A stretch of 64,000 nucleotides of DNA from Podarcis tiliguerta (lineage: Eukaryota). Of the stretch, positions 39,225 to 51,365 are shown piece by piece. Under the pieces are notes generated by a model that did no database searches, was not told the DNA's origin, and saw nothing but the letters and a program-made list of their open reading frames with translations. The position numbers were made by a program, and so were the translations under genes. The stretch lies in the NCBI GenBank assembly GCA_965153285.1, contig OZ229110.1. One strand, 5' to 3'. Position 1 is the stretch's first letter, and every line of letters starts with the position of its first letter.

Positions 39225-40423
39225 GAGGTACATTGGGACTGATGACTTACTCTTTGTGTTGCACAATTTTATTTTATTTTTAAAACTTAGTTTGCAGTTG
39301 GTGTCTGACACGAAGGGAGATGTTGAAAACAAAACTAATTATTGTGTACACCTAGAATTACTGAGGCAGCTGTCTCTTCAACCCATACTGCCCCCCGCCA
39401 TGAATCTCTTCCATCTATAGCTGCATCCAGATTGTAGGATCCCTCCTTTATAAATCTATTCTGTACCCGTGCCCTTGGCCATGTGAATGTGGGAGAGGCC
39501 TGCATGTGGAAGTCTGGCCAGCATTATGACATACAATTTGCATTTTGCATGGAGCTTTTTGCAAGGATAGACAAAGTATTTTGGAGAGAAGACTGCTTTA
39601 ATTAATTTTCTTGTTGACCCTTTACAAAAATATATAAATCTGTTCTAATGCGGCTTTGGTTAATTTAACTGAACTAAGGTAGTTATGAACTGCTATTTAT
39701 GGCTTTACCTTGACAAACAAGTAAATATTAACTCCTACATGTATGTAAAAGATTTAAAATAGGAAGTAACGTTATTATGAAGGCTCACCATGGGCACCTT
39801 TTTTCTGGGGAAATTCCCGAAGCCCACAGCTTGAGAATTTGCCCACAGGGCAGGGCTTTTACATCTCTGGGGATTTCCTCCGAGTTTTTTATATGGCTGC
39901 TGATTCTCACCTTCATGCTGGGGATTACCGCTGGGTTTGTGTGGGTAATAAGTCCCTAAAACGTAGCCCAGTATGATTGGTCTCAGGCCAGTGACATAGA
40001 ACTCTTGTTTCCGCTCTTGGACTTTCTGATGATAGCTCACCTAAAGGAGTCATGTAATTCATAAAAGTATTGTAAAACGTACAGAATCATTAAAAAGCGC
40101 CACACGGCCACAAAAGCTATAAAATTACTTAGAAACTCCTTGTAAAACTCTCTAACCAAAGGTCCACAGGCAAATGGGATGTAAAATTACAGAAATGAAT
40201 CATGCATTCTGAAATTAATGCCAGCATACACACAGACACAGCTCCCCTGACGGCATATGTGGGTCTGTGCTAAATTATCAGTTTCAAATTTTCAATTCCC
40301 CCCCCCCATTTTCTTAAAACAACAATAGGTCTTTTGAAGAGCCCTAAATGTTCCTCAAACTGTTCCTCCTTGCATACCATATTTGCTGTTGTCTATAACT
40401 CCAACTTGGGGTTGGGGTTATGA

Positions 40424-40783
40424 GGGACGCGGGTGGCTCTGTGGTCTAAACCACAGAGCCTAGGGCTTGCCAATCAGAAGGTTGGCGGTTCGAATCCCTG
40501 CAACGGGGTGAACTCTCATTGTTCGGTCCCAGCTCTTGCCCACCTAGCAGTTCGAAAGCACATCAAAGTGCAAGTAGATAAATATATACCGTTCCAGCAG
40601 GAAGGTAAACGGTGTTTCCGTGCGCTGCTCTGGTTCGCCAGAAGCAGCTTAGTCATGCTGGCCACATGACCCGGAAGCTGTCTGCGGACAAATGCCTGCT
40701 CCCTCGGCCTATAGAGTGAGAAGAGTGCCGCAACCTCAGAGTCGTCTGCAACTGGACCTAATGGTCAGGGGTACCTTTACCTT
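40424..40783 (+). mobile_element. Sauria SINE flanked by a 64-bp direct duplication
   Basis: gggacgcgggtggctctgtggtctaaacc...ggtacctttaccttt. Flanks 40345-40408 and 40784-40847 match at 61/64. Confidence 0.9.
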
Positions 40784-41949
40784 TAAATGTTCCTCAAACT
40801 GTTCCTCCTTGCATACCATATTTGCTGTTGTTCATAACCCCAACTTGATACTGCATTGGAGCCATTTATTTTTTACTCCTTTTCCTGTCTACAAGATTCC
40901 AGTTAGTAAAGGATCACATAATCAGTGTGAAAGCATTTTGTCACCATGTGACCAGTCAGTTCTGGCTACATGACAACACCATTCATAGCGAGGGAAATGT
41001 GACTTAAGTTTACTGGGAATTTGCTTGTGATTATGCTAAGAAACCAATCTGATTGGTCATAAAGCCAGTTCAGTTTGAGGGCATGAAGCAATGCACCATT
41101 CTAGGCAAACAGTTCCAACCTTGTTTGCAGCCCTCTCAAATTCCCAAAAGGTGAGACCCCACACATTCTGGTGTATGTTGCTGTGTATCTTTGTCTTTGT
41201 CCTGAATATAACAGAATAACACTCGCTAAGCAGGTCTTATAATGGATACTTGATTTCAATTTGCATATTATGGGACTGCCTAAATAAGAATGTCTAAATA
41301 ATAATGTGCTTTTGGAGGCTTATAACAGGCCGCCACTTTAGTTAGATATATCACTAGAGCTATTTCTTGTCCCTATTTACTTTAATTATGTTACTTTCAT
41401 TTAAAACATTTACTTACATATCTGCTGCATCAGGCAGCTTTCCCAATCCTATCTTATCTCAGCTTAACTCTGGCTTTAGTGGGGAACAATCTCCCTACCG
41501 CTGAGTTTTTCCATCTGTGGTGTTGGTAAAGGAGAGGCTGACTAGCCTTTGAGTCAAATCTTTGCTGTAACTGGCTGTGTGTTTAGTAAGCACTCAGGAG
41601 TGAGGGTTGTTCTTGCTCGATCAGAATAAACCTAGGAACTGCTTTCTCCAAGGTAAAGCACAACCCAGGAAAGAAAGATTCCTAACAAGACCCTGGGTTA
41701 GTGAATCTATTCATCTCTGCTTTTTTCAACGCAACATATAACGGTGATACTGAACACCCAATATATATATATTATGTAAGGCTGCAATTGGCTGCCACTA
41801 TACATATGTCTCTAACTTAAAGACCAATTTTCCTTTTCAAAGATTTCTTCCACTGTCAATATCCACAAGAAATGAGTTTATCTTAAGCAGAAAATATGTA
41901 GACTATCGATCTTAGGTTGTTGTCACTTCTGCAAACATTTTTTTAATTA

Positions 41950-43330
41950 CTTTATTAAAAATGTTGATGGGGTAAAATAATTTAGGTTGTTGCTTTTATT
42001 TAAAATGATACATGATTCACCATGGGTGTTTTTTAAAGTGCATTTTCATGCAGCAATTAGCACTGCTGCCTTTAAACAATGACTTAAAGGAAACAAGTTT
42101 AAGAAAACATTAGTTGTACTGAGATTTGGCAATATAAGCCAGTGGTAGAGGTTACATTCTCAATAACATGACCTAATACAGCAGCATTTTAGTAAATTGG
42201 TATATAAACAAACATCTGTTGCAGGAATGTAGGAATGACATCATAAAGAATGTATGCAAAATTTTAATTGAAAAAGAATGATGCCGAGTAGTTGCATGAC
42301 TTTTAAATCTAAATTGAATTTTGGCTTCAGTGAAAGAGGGATGGAATTCCTATGCCCACTACAGTAAAATATTTAAGCTGTAATACCCTCTTACTGTACC
42401 CAAACTTTATTTCCTAGGTCACTGAGTAGGCGATACTTAATGTAATACGGTATGTGTTACATGTAATTATATTGACAGTACTTTAATTTCTGTAAACAAT
42501 TATTCATGAAACAGCAGTAAGATATAGGATGAATTTGATTCATTTCGCGTGTAAAGGATGTGAATCATTTAATAGACCATTACATATACTATGTTAGACT
42601 CCATTCTTCCTCTTTTTTTCCTTCAGAGTTTTTCATTATAAGACTGACTTTAATGGAAAGAAGTTTAACCTTCCCTCCCAGATAGATTGAACCCCATAAC
42701 TGTGTAAACATTCTCATTATAAAATAAAATCCCCTTCCCCAAGGGCAGCACCATAATTATGTTGCAGAATGTTGTACAAATGTTCCTCTTTTTTAAAAAG
42801 AAAGAAAGAAAAACACCCAAACTGAAAACATGCTTTCTCATTTTTGTAGCCAAGTTCTTATCCTTTGCATTATTAAAGCTAATCAATAATACTTTTTAAA
42901 AATTGTAATTTAATAAAATAAATACTATGTGATTAGTTTTTAATTTTTGAAGTTTATTTTAATCAGGTTTGCAAAGAAGTCATCAGTAAAATTGCTGTTG
43001 ATTTATAAATAGGATAATTAGAGGCTTTCTTCCTAAGTACTGTTCACTGGCATTGTGGCTGATTTTATTGCATAGTCAAACCCCTTCATTCAATTTTAAA
43101 ATTGCCTTTTGAATGAACTGCACTATGAGCTTGCCAAAGTGTGTCACCATTAATACCTTACCCTCCCCTATTTCATTGTCCAGTCCATAAATGCACAATG
43201 AGTTGTTTGATAAAGAGGTCAGGGAGGTTCTGCTAGTTTTTAAGTAAATTAAAGCCAAACATGTCAGATTGTCTCACACTTATTAATGGCACTATGCTTC
43301 AGCGAGTTAGCACTTGTATTGCACATTATG
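41950..43330. promoter_or_regulatory. Candidate conserved non-coding block
   Basis: Repeat-free, AT-rich but complex, with many TAAT/AACAAT/CCATAAA motifs. Conservation not verified. Confidence 0.35.
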
Positions 43331-44012
43331 TGTAGTTTGCCTGAGACTTCATAGGCACCAAGGCATCAGTCCTGTGTTCGCTTACATAGGAGGAAGCCCC
43401 ATTGGACTAAGCGGTATTTACATTTGAGTAAACATACATAGCATTGCTCTGTGAGATGCTTACGAAAAACTTGTGTACTTCAAAACTAGTTCTCACCGCA
43501 GAGCGTTGGTGGGAGGCATCTTATTCAACAGCTCTGATTATTTTTTTAATGGGAAAATGAATCTTTTGAGATGAGAACTATGGAGTTCAAGTTCTCCCAA
43601 GTATGGTGCCTGTGGCCAAGGGAGCATTTCAAGAATTAAGGATTCCAGGAGAAGTAATCTCCGGGAGGCCTGCAGCCCATTTGTTACATGCATGTAAGCA
43701 CTCCAATGCCTGTGTTAATCTGATACCAGATAGCAATTACATTTCTGCCGAGCGCTGAGATTCATTGAATTTGGAGTGTGTATGAACAATGCTGTTGCTT
43801 TGTAGGTAAGTCTTCTTATTACGTGTTACTGCATCAGTTTCATATACCGTCACATAACCTTGACCTAGACGGTTGTAGGTGTTGGAAGAAGTTACATCAA
43901 TTCATATGTAGCCTTTTTCTTTCTCTTTTAAGGCTTTGGAAATATTTTTGAGATAGAAATTTGAAAGGCAAAAAGTAAGAACAAAAAAACTTCGCTTGTT
44001 CTGTCTAAAAGA

Positions 44013-44293
44013 NNNNNNNNNNNNNNNNNNNNNNNNNNNNNNNNNNNNNNNNNNNNNNNNNNNNNNNNNNNNNNNNNNNNNNNNNNNNNNNNNNNNNNNN
44101 NNNNNNNNNNNNNNNNNNNNNNNNNNNNNNNNNNNNNNNNNNNNNNNNNNNNNNNNNNNNNNNNNNNNNNNNNNNNNNNNNNNNNNNNNNNNNNNNNNNN
44201 NNNNNNNNNNNNNNNNNNNNNNNNNNNNNNNNNNNNNNNNNNNNNNNNNNNNNNNNNNNNNNNNNNNNNNNNNNNNNNNNNNNNNNNNNNNNN
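44013..44293. other. Assembly gap (N)
   Basis: Run of n. Confidence 0.99.
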
Positions 44294-45270
44294 GTTGTAT
44301 TCGGAGACTGTGAACTGAACAATAAATGAATGCGGTAAAGAGACTTGTAGTAATCATAGTAGTTGTTGTTGTTGTTGCCTTCCCCCCTCCGACTTTATTT
44401 TGGTCTGATAAAATTTCGTTTTCAGAATTTGGGAAAATACCTTTTAGTTGGCACCTACATATTTTACATTTTCGCAGTTTGCTTATTATCGAACCTTCTC
44501 TTAGCTGTACTTTGGAAGCAAATGAATGATTGTGGGGTAAATACTGAGCTATTTATTGTGTAATCAGGAGTGCAATATGGATGAGGGGGTAGTAATAGTT
44601 TTGGAGAGAATCTGAAAGAGTTAAATTCCCAGAATTTAACTGATCTTTGTGGAAGAACTAAGCACACACTTAAATAACTCTAGTTGTGCACATGTTTATT
44701 GTGGATATACTGAGATCCCTTGTGTTTCAGCTAATAACACAGGTTCAATCCCATCAGTATTATATTCCCCAGGTAATGCTCATATGTAGGTCTCATGTTG
44801 AGGTGCCAGGTAAGACAACCAGTATCTCTGCTTTATTGCTACCATGTCACAAGATAAGTGCCAGTACTGCAGACTACGAAAAATCTGATGAACCAGGCTC
44901 CTGCCTGTGTCTTATATGGTCTCTGGAGTAAACTTGGAACACCTCAAGCTAGTAGAGATATGTGAAAACTCCCTTACTTAAGATGCAAAACCAAACCATG
45001 CCTCACCTGGCCTTGCGCACACCCCTGGTGGTGGCAGTTTTTTTCCCTTTCTTTCCAGCACTGCCCCTTGTTCTTGCTTACCTGTTCTGAGTTCAGGTCT
45101 TGAAAATACTTTTTTCTGGGAGACGTTTTCCAAAATCACAATTTTAATTGAACTGTGATATTTGTGGTCTTGAACCTTTCCTCCAGCTTTGCTCCGTAGA
45201 AACAGTGGTTGAATGTTTTGAAACGCCCAGGAAGGCGTGGTACCACATGCATGTGTGGCGTGCCAATAGT

Positions 45271-45300
45271 AATAACAACAACAACAACAACAACAACAAC

Positions 45301-45334
<34 letters not shown>

Positions 45335-45335
45335 T
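45271..45335. repeat. (AAC)n(TAT)n compound microsatellite
   Basis: Direct reading. Confidence 0.95.
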
Positions 45336-45400
45336 ATTTGTACCCCGCCCATCTGGCTGGGTTTCCCCAGCCACTCTGGGCGGCTTCCAACAAAGATTAC
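45330..45400 (-). mobile_element. Extreme 3' tail of the same L2 family, adjoining an (AAC)n(TAT)n microsatellite
   Basis: taccccgcccatctggctgggtttccccagccactctgggcggcttccaaca matches 30042-30082. Confidence 0.75.
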
Positions 45401-45615
45401 AAATACATCCTTTCTGAACTGCTTGCTCCATCACAGCAGCTTCACATATGCATGGAGTGGAGATGGATTCTGTTCCTGAGGTGTTTTAACTATCAGCAGA
45501 CTAAAGCGCATTGTGTCTTCATAGGTGTGATATTAGTACTGGTTATAGCAGGGGTGATGAAACACAGGCCCTAGCTACCATATGCATCCCTTCAAGTTTT
45601 TCTGTCTGGCTTTCA

Positions 45616-45893
45616 GAGCCTGTGTGGTGTAGTGGTTAAGAGCGGTAGTCTCGTAATCTGGTGAACCGGGTTCGCATCCCCGCTCCTCCACATGCAGCTG
45701 CTGGGTGACCTTGGGCTAGTCACACTTCTTTGAAGTCTCTCAGCCCCACTAACCTCACAGAGTGTTGTGGGAGAGGAAGGGAAAGGAGAATGTTAGCCGC
45801 TTTGAGACTCCTTTGGGTAGTGATAAAGCGGGATATCAAATCCAAACTCCTCCTCCTCCTCCTCCTCCTCTTCTTCTTCTTCTTCTTCTTCTT
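45616..45893 (+). mobile_element. tRNA-derived SINE, Squam3-like, with (CTC)n(CTT)n tail, nested in a hAT MITE
   Basis: A box tggtgtagtgg, B box ggttcgcatcc, CORE-like gtgaccttgggctagtcac, L2-like end agccgctttgagactcc...aagcgggatatcaaat and a microsatellite tail. Host MITE halves at about 45548-45615 and 45894-46061. Confidence 0.8.
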
Positions 45894-48558
45894 GAACCAA
45901 GATAATGTGTCTTGCTTGCCCAGATGGAGGTGTAGAAGCCTCTGACTATGTGTGGCTGGATTTTTGCCTCTGTTCTCACCCACCTTTGGATCTGGCACTG
46001 GCATGTGACCCTCCCAGAAGGTTACGCATGAGGGAACATGACTCAGGGTTCCTCACCCTTGGGGTTATGCAGTTCAAAGAGCTTGAGCCCATTTGTGTAG
46101 GTGCTGCTGTGTCGTAATTTATTTTAAAAGGAATTGCATGGAGCATATGTGTTCAGATTAGGGGAAGAATTTGCCTGTCTTCCTCAGTTCTTGCCCCAGT
46201 CGCTGGAACACGAAGTCAGAGAAGTATTGGAAACCACTGCTGGTCACCTGATTACAATGGTGAATGGAGAGGTAGAGGAATGAAGAGCAATAATTCAAGG
46301 GTGTATCCAGATTTTTGATGCCAGAGACTTTATGTGGATCCGGTATGAGAGATTTTATCGTAGGTGGTCCAGTCGATGGCTTTGAGATCTACATTTAGGT
46401 CTTGCCTGCAACTGATGCAGCCAAACCCCAGGAGAAAAGGAGGCTCAGTGTAACAGTTCATCCATCTCAGATAACTTGTTTTTGTTTAAACTTTTATTAA
46501 TCACAAGAAGCGAGGGCGGAATGAAGAAAGAGAGAGCAACACACGGCAGTAGTTTAAAGTGGTTCACATAGGAAATGGGGAAAACTTTAAGCCACTCCTC
46601 ATTTGAGATTTTCAAGCAGCAAAACTAATATAATGGTCACAGTTTCACATCATGTTTTAACACTTGCCACAGAGCTTTTGTTACAGACTCCGTGAGAAAA
46701 ATGGTAGAACTTATTGAACTCATCTGTATAACTGATGACACATTGCATGTTTTATTGTTTAGTGTGCATATAGCATTCAGATGAAAACAGTATTATGTTT
46801 TGTTCTCATACACGGGGTGGTGTTCTCAAGCCTCTTAGGGGGATTACTTGTGGTGTGATTATTACCTGAAAGTTTTCACGTGAAATATAATTTGCATTCG
46901 ACAGGAACACATGCCCCCTCTTCTATTTAAGCATTCTTCTTTTGACTCCTTTTACCACGTCCACGTAGCCCATTTTCAAACTTTGCATCTGTGTCTCAAG
47001 TTTTTTATTTTTTTAAATCTTACTATCAATAAATGCTGTGATAGTTTTTTATTGCCACCCTCCCTTCCTCCAATGAACCTAAAAATAAATAAATAAAATA
47101 AATTGCTTGGTTTTGCTACCTAACATCACATGTTTTGTCTCAACTTAAAAGGAAATGCACAAGCATAAACCCAAGTTACAGAATGATCACACTCGTTTAC
47201 TCATAAGGAATTGAACCTCCTGAGTTCAATGGAACTTAGTATTGCAGCTGTAGTTATAATATGTACTGTTTCAATTCCTTGCTGTTATACAGTAACTGAG
47301 TATCTGCTCTTTAAATCATAGCACCTTGTTCTCTGAATCAAGGAAAAAAATATCTTTGAGAAGGTGGATTTCTTGCCACCAATCAAAAAAGCAACATTGT
47401 GAAGTGTTTGTTCTTTTCTATTTATATTTGAAAAAGAGACAAAGCAAAATCTTTGCTTGTGCTGTATGAATTGTTTACAAAAGAAAGCTATCTATTCTGT
47501 TTTTTCTTGTAAAGGTAAAGGCTGCTTCTGTTTCTCATGGTGCAGATCAATTTATGGCTATTGTAGCTACTCAGAAGAAACAGGATAATTGCTGATGTTC
47601 TCATCTACAAAACCACTTTGTAGTTCAATTCCCCCCCCCATACTTTTGTAAATAGGATGTGTTCTCACTGAACAAAACTGTGCCTGTGATCCAGTACTAG
47701 CTATTTGAATCATTTGTTCTGAAATTCAATAAATGATTTTTTAAGGGTTTAAAAAAGTTTGTGCGTTATGGGCAAAGCATATTTTACTGTCCTGGAAATT
47801 TATTCATAAAATGTAACAGTGTGCTTGACCCTGAGATTAGATAGTTTTGGTTAAATTTCATTGCATTTCAGGTAGTTGTTGTTGTTTTGTTTTAAATCCT
47901 CTATACAAATTGTGTTGGGGGGGGGGCTGTGCCTTGAAGGTGAGATGACATAGTTTGCAAGAAGAGTTGATTTGGAATCTGATTGTAGTTCGGGGGGGCA
48001 TCTTTATCGCTGAAGTAATTTATTTTGTGGTATAATTGCTGCAATATTGCCAATCCCTATATGCTTTCACAAATATTTTTATAGTAATTGATCTGTTATT
48101 AAAACCTATTTGCAATGTCTTCTCTGCATGTTTCAGGGCTCTTAATTCAATTCAACCTGTCATTGTAATCAGCGTCCGATATCACATACCTTAAAACGTT
48201 TCTGAATTAACTCTGGCCCTATACAGATATAATGCTTGCTCCCAGTAAGCCATGGTTTGTAAACTGGAAACTAGCTTCATAAATGTGTTCTGTTTCTCTG
48301 CTTCCTTCTTGAAATTAACCCCCATTTCTCTTCCTAGTGTTGACCTCGGTCTTCACAGTGTTGACCTTCTCCAGAGCACTCCATCTATTCTGTTCCTGGG
48401 ATTTACTTTGCCAATAAATACACCGATAAAAACCATGGTTAACACGAGCCAGATTCCTTTATAACAATGGTTTCAATCTATAGTTTACGAAAGAGCCATA
48501 ATTTATGTTAATAACCATTTTCTGTGGTATAGAGGTAAGGCAAAACTATGATTAACAC

Positions 48559-49461
48559 CAGAATCATAGAATCATATAATTGTGGAGTTGGAAAGGATTG
48601 TAAGAATCATCTAGTCCAAACCCCTGCAATGCAGAAATCTAAACTAAAACAGATGACTATCCAACTATCTGCTTGAAAGGTTGGATAAAACCCTGAGACC
48701 TCCGGGTATAGGGCAATATATAAATTCAATAAATAAATAATAATTAATTATTATTATTAATAATAATAATTTTAAAAACTTCCCAAAAAGGACAGTCTGT
48801 CACTTCTTGTGGGAGACTGTTTCACTGTCAAACAGCTATTACCATCAGGAAGTTCTTCCTGATGTTTCGTTGGAATCTCCTTTCTTGTAATTTGAAACCA
48901 TTGGTTTGGGTCCTAGACTCCAGAGCAGGAGTAAACAAGCTTGCTCCATCTTCCATGTGACAGCCCTTAAGATATTTGAAGGTGGCTATCATATCTCCTC
49001 TCAGTCTCCTATTTCCCGGCTAAACATAACCAGCTTCCTCATCCATTTCTCATAATGCTTGGTTTCCATATTCTTGACCCTCTTAGTCACACTCTTCTGC
49101 ACAAGTTCAAGCTTGTCAATATCCTTCTTTAATTGTGGCACCCATAACCTGACCCAGTACTCTAGGTGTGGTCTTACCAAGGCAGAATAGAGCACTACAA
49201 TTACCTCCCTTGATCTGGACACTATACTTCTGTTGATGTAGCCCAGAGTAGCGTTAGCTCTTTTTTTCTTTTCATTTTTGCTGCTGCTGCTGCTGCTGTC
49301 ACTTTTTTCCAGGATGATGAAGAATCATTAGTGAGCACTCTTCAGGTCCAGTCAGTCAACCAGCTAAAAATCCACCTAACAGTAAGTCCAACCCACATTT
49401 TACCAGCTTTCCACAAGAATATGACGGAGGACATTGTCAAACACCTTACTGAAATCAAGAT
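48559..49461 (-). mobile_element. CR1 LINE 3' portion with an internal deletion and a short L2-type tail insertion at about 48690-48775
   Basis: Tail (agaatcat)n and peptide SRSREVIVVLYSALVRPHLEYWVRLWVPQLKKDIDKLELVQK. 49300-49461 reads YLDFSKVFDNVL...VRWIFSWL on the minus strand (RT domain). Confidence 0.9.
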
Positions 49462-49884
49462 AAAAGAAAGGGATGCTCTACTGTGGCAGGATTAGGTCTC
49501 AGTCCCTGAGCTTGGCTAGGCTAAGATTGGACAGGATCAAACCCAAAACATGATTTAATTAAGAAGCAACAAGGAGAGTCCAAAAGCCAAGCCAAGGTGA
49601 AGCTAAGGTCAAACACAAGAGAGAAGTCCTGAGACAAATGTATTCCAAACATAGAGTCAGAAGCTGACAGCAAGAAAAATCAGTCAGAAGTCAGGTTTGA
49701 GGAGTATGGATCTGAAAGGAAGGCACTGATCCAACAACCACCAGCCCTCAGTTGACGCTGCCAGTGCTTTGGGTTCTCCAGGAACTCATTACTATTAAAG
49801 TGTGCAGTCATGTCCAAGGAGCTATTTGCCCATGAGTAGCATAATTGCATTGGCTTTTCAGGTATGTCTTCTCCAGCTGCCTGA

Positions 49885-50160
49885 ACTTTCAACAAAATAT
49901 TAAAATACAGTAATGCATCAAACATTAAAAGCTTCCCTAAACAGGGCTGCCTTCAGATGTCTTCTAAAAGTCTGGTAGTTGTTGTTCTCTTTGACATCTG
50001 ATGGGAGGCCGTTCCACAGGGCGGGTGCCACTACTGAGAAGGCCTTCTGTCTGGTTCCCTGTAACTTGGCTTCTCACAGTGAGGGAACTGCCAGAAGGCC
50101 CTCAGCGCTGGACCTCAGTGTCCAGGTAGGACGGTGGAGGTGGAGACGCTCCTTCAGACG
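49885..50160 (-). mobile_element. L2-clade LINE 3' fragment (same family as 30026)
   Basis: Direct similarity to 30100-30347. Confidence 0.8.
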
Positions 50161-51365
50161 CTCCTTGAGTAAGCGTTGCTTCAGCCCCCCCCCCTTTCAA
50201 CTTTGACAGGGGCTCCTCTGCTACACATGAAGCAGATACCCGCCCCAAGGGTTCTCCCAGGAGCAGTCCTGCTAAGTATTTCTTTGGCTACCAGGATCTT
50301 TCAAATCAGTCTAGCTTGAGTGGCAGAGGTCTGTGTGCTCTTGGGCTTTTGGTGATATGGGTCCTTGCGTGAGTCATCTAGGTCCAGGTTGGGGCTTAGT
50401 GTGGCAAGGGAAGACAGATGAGAAATAAATCAAAGCTAGATGGGGATAGAACATTATAAGGCCGACTCCCGGTTTGCATATTCCGGTTGTGTTTTTTTGA
50501 GGGGTCTTTTATTTTTACCATACTGAATTAGCATGTTATATATGCCATACTTATTTCTATTTCATACCTAAATAGAAGGCTGTAAAAATGTCATTGTGAT
50601 ACTGGTGGAGTTTTTAAAAATGTTTTGATTGCTTTGTTTTCTGGACTTTAATAGAAGGCAGAAACTGGCTTGCGTGAGCATTAAAATAAATATTACCAAT
50701 ACATAGTCCCCATTTTGGCTGGATAAAACAGGGTATTCTCCTAAAATGAATCCCAATTTTGCATTTGTAAAAACAATGTCAGAAAGCCAGTGTTTTTTTA
50801 TTATTATTTCAAGTTATTTATTTTGTTTTTATTGCCTTATTGACGGCATAATTTTCTGTCTAGAATTTATGGTAGAGGCTCATGTAGCAATTCTGTTTTC
50901 AAATATATATATATTGAGAGAGTTCTATCAAGGCAAGATTTTGGCAGACTTTCTCTTCAAAAACACCTATCTCTGGATCATGGGGGCCATTAGTTTAAGG
51001 CAGGGGTGGGGAAACAGGCACCATTCCCATGTGAGCAACCTTTCAGGAGCCGCAAGCAAATACTGGGCTGGTCCAGAGATTTAGCTAGGCGTGAAAGAGG
51101 CAAAAGTGGGTGGAGCAATGGATGGGACTCCTTACCTTTGTATAGTAGGCTACATTCCTCTTCAAGGCAAGCAGGAGGAATTGTCACAGTTCAAGGACAC
51201 ATTCTCACCAGGCGAAATCACCTGAGGGCAGAAAGCAGGACCAGTAAGAAGTATGACCTGGAGAAGGGGCATGGCTGAGCAGAGTCCCAAAGGCTAGATA
51301 GATAGAAGCCGGGAGAGCTGTATTTCTGAAAAATATTAGATCATCATTTGGTATGTGTCTTATGA

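Noticed and set aside
44978-45574. ORFs with poly-N/C/Y/T/I tracts
   Set aside because: Translations of the (AAC)n(TAT)n microsatellite.
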